A stretch of 17,406 nt of DNA from Candidatus Micrarchaeota archaeon (lineage in GTDB: Archaea; B1Sed10-29; JAJSAI01). Position numbers and translations under genes: made by a program. The stretch covers positions 1-17,406 of the forward strand of contig CAZVAJ010000009.1 of the NCBI GenBank assembly GCA_964625085.1, given 5' to 3'. Below the pieces are notes generated by a model. The model did not search any database. It saw nothing but the letters and a program-made list of their open reading frames with translations, and was not told where the DNA came from. Of the stretch, positions 15,934-17,406 are shown one piece after another. Each line of letters opens with the position of its first letter. Within the stretch, counting starts at the first letter, position 1.

Positions 15934-16108
15934 CAGCAGCATGGCAAACAAACTGAAAGAGCTCAAGAAGAGGTTCCCAGACAATTTTAACACGGACTTT
16001 GAGCACAACAAGAAAGTGCTCCAGGAAATGGGCGTGTTCCAGTCAAAAAGCAGGAGGAACATCGCAGCAGGTTTCCTGGTCAGGCTTTCAAAAGAGAAGG
16101 TTTTGTGA
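15917..16108 (+). CDS. rps17e: 30S ribosomal protein S17e
   Basis: FPDNFNTDFEHNKKVL...SKSRRNIAAGFLVR. TTG at 15917 after GGTGAG gives MGKQR..., matching the usual S17e N-terminal length and overlapping the rpo6 3' end. Confidence 0.9.
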   Translation: MGKQRNSSMANKLKELKKRFPDNFNTDFEHNKKVLQEMGVFQSKSRRNIAAGFLVRLSKEKVL

Positions 16109-16111
16109 TAC

Positions 16112-16369
16112 CTACTTGTAAACTTCATCATGGTGCCCGAATTTTTCTAAAATAACAGCATTCTTCTCTATAGAGTAAATTAGTACGTAACATGAAAGTA
16201 CATGAACTCCTCTCTTGTTCTGTAGTGGTTTTTTCAAGGGTTTGAACTGATAGGGATTTTTGAGAACTTGCCTTATTCTCTTTTTGAGTGCCGTTTCCAG
16301 ACGCTTGTTCTTCTTACAGTGTTTTATTATTTCTCTTTTTACTGCCTTACGATAATAAAGTTCGCGCAA
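16112..16369 (-). CDS. RelE/ParE-superfamily (YafQ-like) toxin
   Basis: KPLKKPLQNKRGVHV..YVLIYSI...VILEKFGHHDEVY; likely TTG start at 16369 after GGTGAG. Confidence 0.85.
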   Translation of the reverse strand: MRELYYRKAVKREIIKHCKKNKRLETALKKRIRQVLKNPYQFKPLKKPLQNKRGVHVLSCYVLIYSIEKNAVILEKFGHHDEVYK

Positions 16370-16373
16370 GTGC

Positions 16374-16607
16374 TCACCTAAACAGTTCATCCGGGGATTT
16401 TGCTTTTACTGGTTTCTGTTTTTCTCTTTTTCTTAGTTCACGGGCTGTTTTTTCACTTACGTCTGGTTCTTCTATTAGCCCATATTCTTTTCCAAGCTCT
16501 AGCACGCTTAATCTCACTGCTTCCGCTTTTGTTTTGACAAGCCCTTTTCGCACCGCATTCTCCACTATTCTACTAAGAATGCCCTCAAGTTTTATATTAA
16601 TATTCAT
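16374..16607 (-). CDS. Probable ribbon-helix-helix antitoxin
   Basis: MNINIKL (beta strand), then helix and GLVKTKAEAVRLSV (RHH/CopG-like pattern); immediately upstream of the toxin. Confidence 0.75.
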   Translation of the reverse strand: MNINIKLEGILSRIVENAVRKGLVKTKAEAVRLSVLELGKEYGLIEEPDVSEKTARELRKREKQKPVKAKSPDELFR

Positions 16608-16619
16608 ACTGTTTCACCC

Positions 16620-16640
16620 ATATTTTTGTATCAAAAATAT
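16620..16640 (-). promoter_or_regulatory. Palindromic operator of the antitoxin-toxin operon
   Basis: Perfect 9-bp inverted repeat ATATTTTTG-TAT-CAAAAATAT between a TATA-like box (~16640-16649) and the GGGTGA RBS (16614-16619). Confidence 0.65.
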
Positions 16641-16722
16641 TATATATTTCTACTGTTCTGGCGTAGTTCTCTTGCTCATAGGATAAGATCCTTTGAACCA
16701 GTGTTTTCTGGTTTGTTGGGTG

Positions 16723-17406
16723 TTAATGTTTCTTCTTCTGTTTTTTCATTTCAGCCAGCATGTGCGCTTTTTCTAGTTCCCAGTTTACTTCATCGCTCAC
16801 TTTGTCTGCCATTTCCAATAGATTGCGCTCTTCTTCTAGCCCTTGCAGTTCTCTTTGTTTATCTCTTAGCTCTTTCTCTGCTTCTTCTCCAAGCGCGATT
16901 GTTTCTGTTTGCTGATTCCTGCCTGACCAGTACTCTTCGTCCAGCTTCTTCATGGCAGACCGCACCCCTTCCAGTTCTTTTTCAAGTCTTGCTTTCTCTT
17001 CTTCTGTAGGGCCTTGTATGATCTGTTCAAGCTCTTGTTTTCTGACACGCAGGGCTGTTAGCTTCTTAGAATCTTTAGGCGTTCGTTTTTCGTCTGGCTT
17101 GGATTCTAACTTGTTTATTTCCTCGTTCACTGCGGTTAATGCGGTTAAGTAATCTTCTTTTGGGTTATTGCCCATGGGGTTGATTTTCCTCAGGAGGTCA
17201 ATTTCCCATGCTTCAAGGAATGCTCTGTTTTCGGAGTACTCTTTCATCTCCTTTAGAGTATGGGGTTTTTGTTCTACTTTGAGAGAAGGAGTATTCGCTG
17301 CACCCTGTTCTTGACGTTCCACTGTAAGCTCTTCTGACAGTTCTTCTCGTTTTTTTCTTATTTTTTTGATTTTTTGTTGTATTTGTTTTCGTTCTTCTTT
17401 TGTTGC
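16723..17406 (-). CDS. Hypothetical coiled-coil protein, 5' end beyond the window
   Basis: The frame stays open from the track start at 17322 to the window end (ATKEERKQIQQKIKKIRKKREELSEELTV...). E/K-rich, ends KKQKKKH. Confidence 0.7.
   Translation of the reverse strand, partial: ATKEERKQIQQKIKKIRKKREELSEELTVERQEQGAANTPSLKVEQKPHTLKEMKEYSENRAFLEAWEIDLLRKINPMGNNPKEDYLTALTAVNEEINKLESKPDEKRTPKDSKKLTALRVRKQELEQIIQGPTEEEKARLEKELEGVRSAMKKLDEEYWSGRNQQTETIALGEEAEKELRDKQRELQGLEEERNLLEMADKVSDEVNWELEKAHMLAEMKKQKKKH

Noticed and set aside
15941..16108. N-terminally truncated S17e (ATG 15941 start)
   Set aside because: A TTG at 15917 with a GGTGAG RBS restores the normal N-terminal length.
199..17152. 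Many S/F/L-rich opposite-strand ORFs in the track (e.g. 564-983, 999-1484, 4402-4992, 5686-6207, 16288-16686)
   Set aside because: These are antisense shadows of purine-rich real genes or overlap tRNAs; no motifs.
1..17406. CRISPR array, IS element or integrase
   Set aside because: No regularly spaced repeats, transposase or recombinase motifs were seen.

Overview
An archaeal chromosomal segment. Evidence: GGTGA-type ribosome-binding sites, TTTTWA TATA boxes, and archaeal Rpo6, S17e, Pth2, DnaG and NurA/HerA genes. The compact layout and several basic coiled-coil orphan genes would fit a DPANN-type genome, but that is inference only. Contents in order: a partial class III signal peptide (pilin-like) gene; two intron-containing tRNAs (Leu-TAA with a canonical 37/38 intron, Lys-TTT with a non-canonical D-loop intron); serS; dnaG with a small TOPRIM gene; two CBS-domain genes; an Hjc-like nuclease; pth2; a metallophosphoesterase; nurA and herA separated by a hicBA toxin-antitoxin pair; a SIMPL protein; a minimal SufC/SufB (SMS-type) pair; rpo6 and rps17e; a RelE/ParE-type toxin with a probable antitoxin and a palindromic operator; and several orphans. 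The three most interesting items are (1) an unannotated ~150-nt two-domain structured RNA candidate with its own TATA box, upstream of the TOPRIM-dnaG unit; (2) a relic copy of the herA RBS and start codons directly after nurA, suggesting hicBA was inserted into the nurA-herA operon; (3) the D-loop (17/17a) tRNA-Lys intron. I saw no transposase, integrase or CRISPR array.
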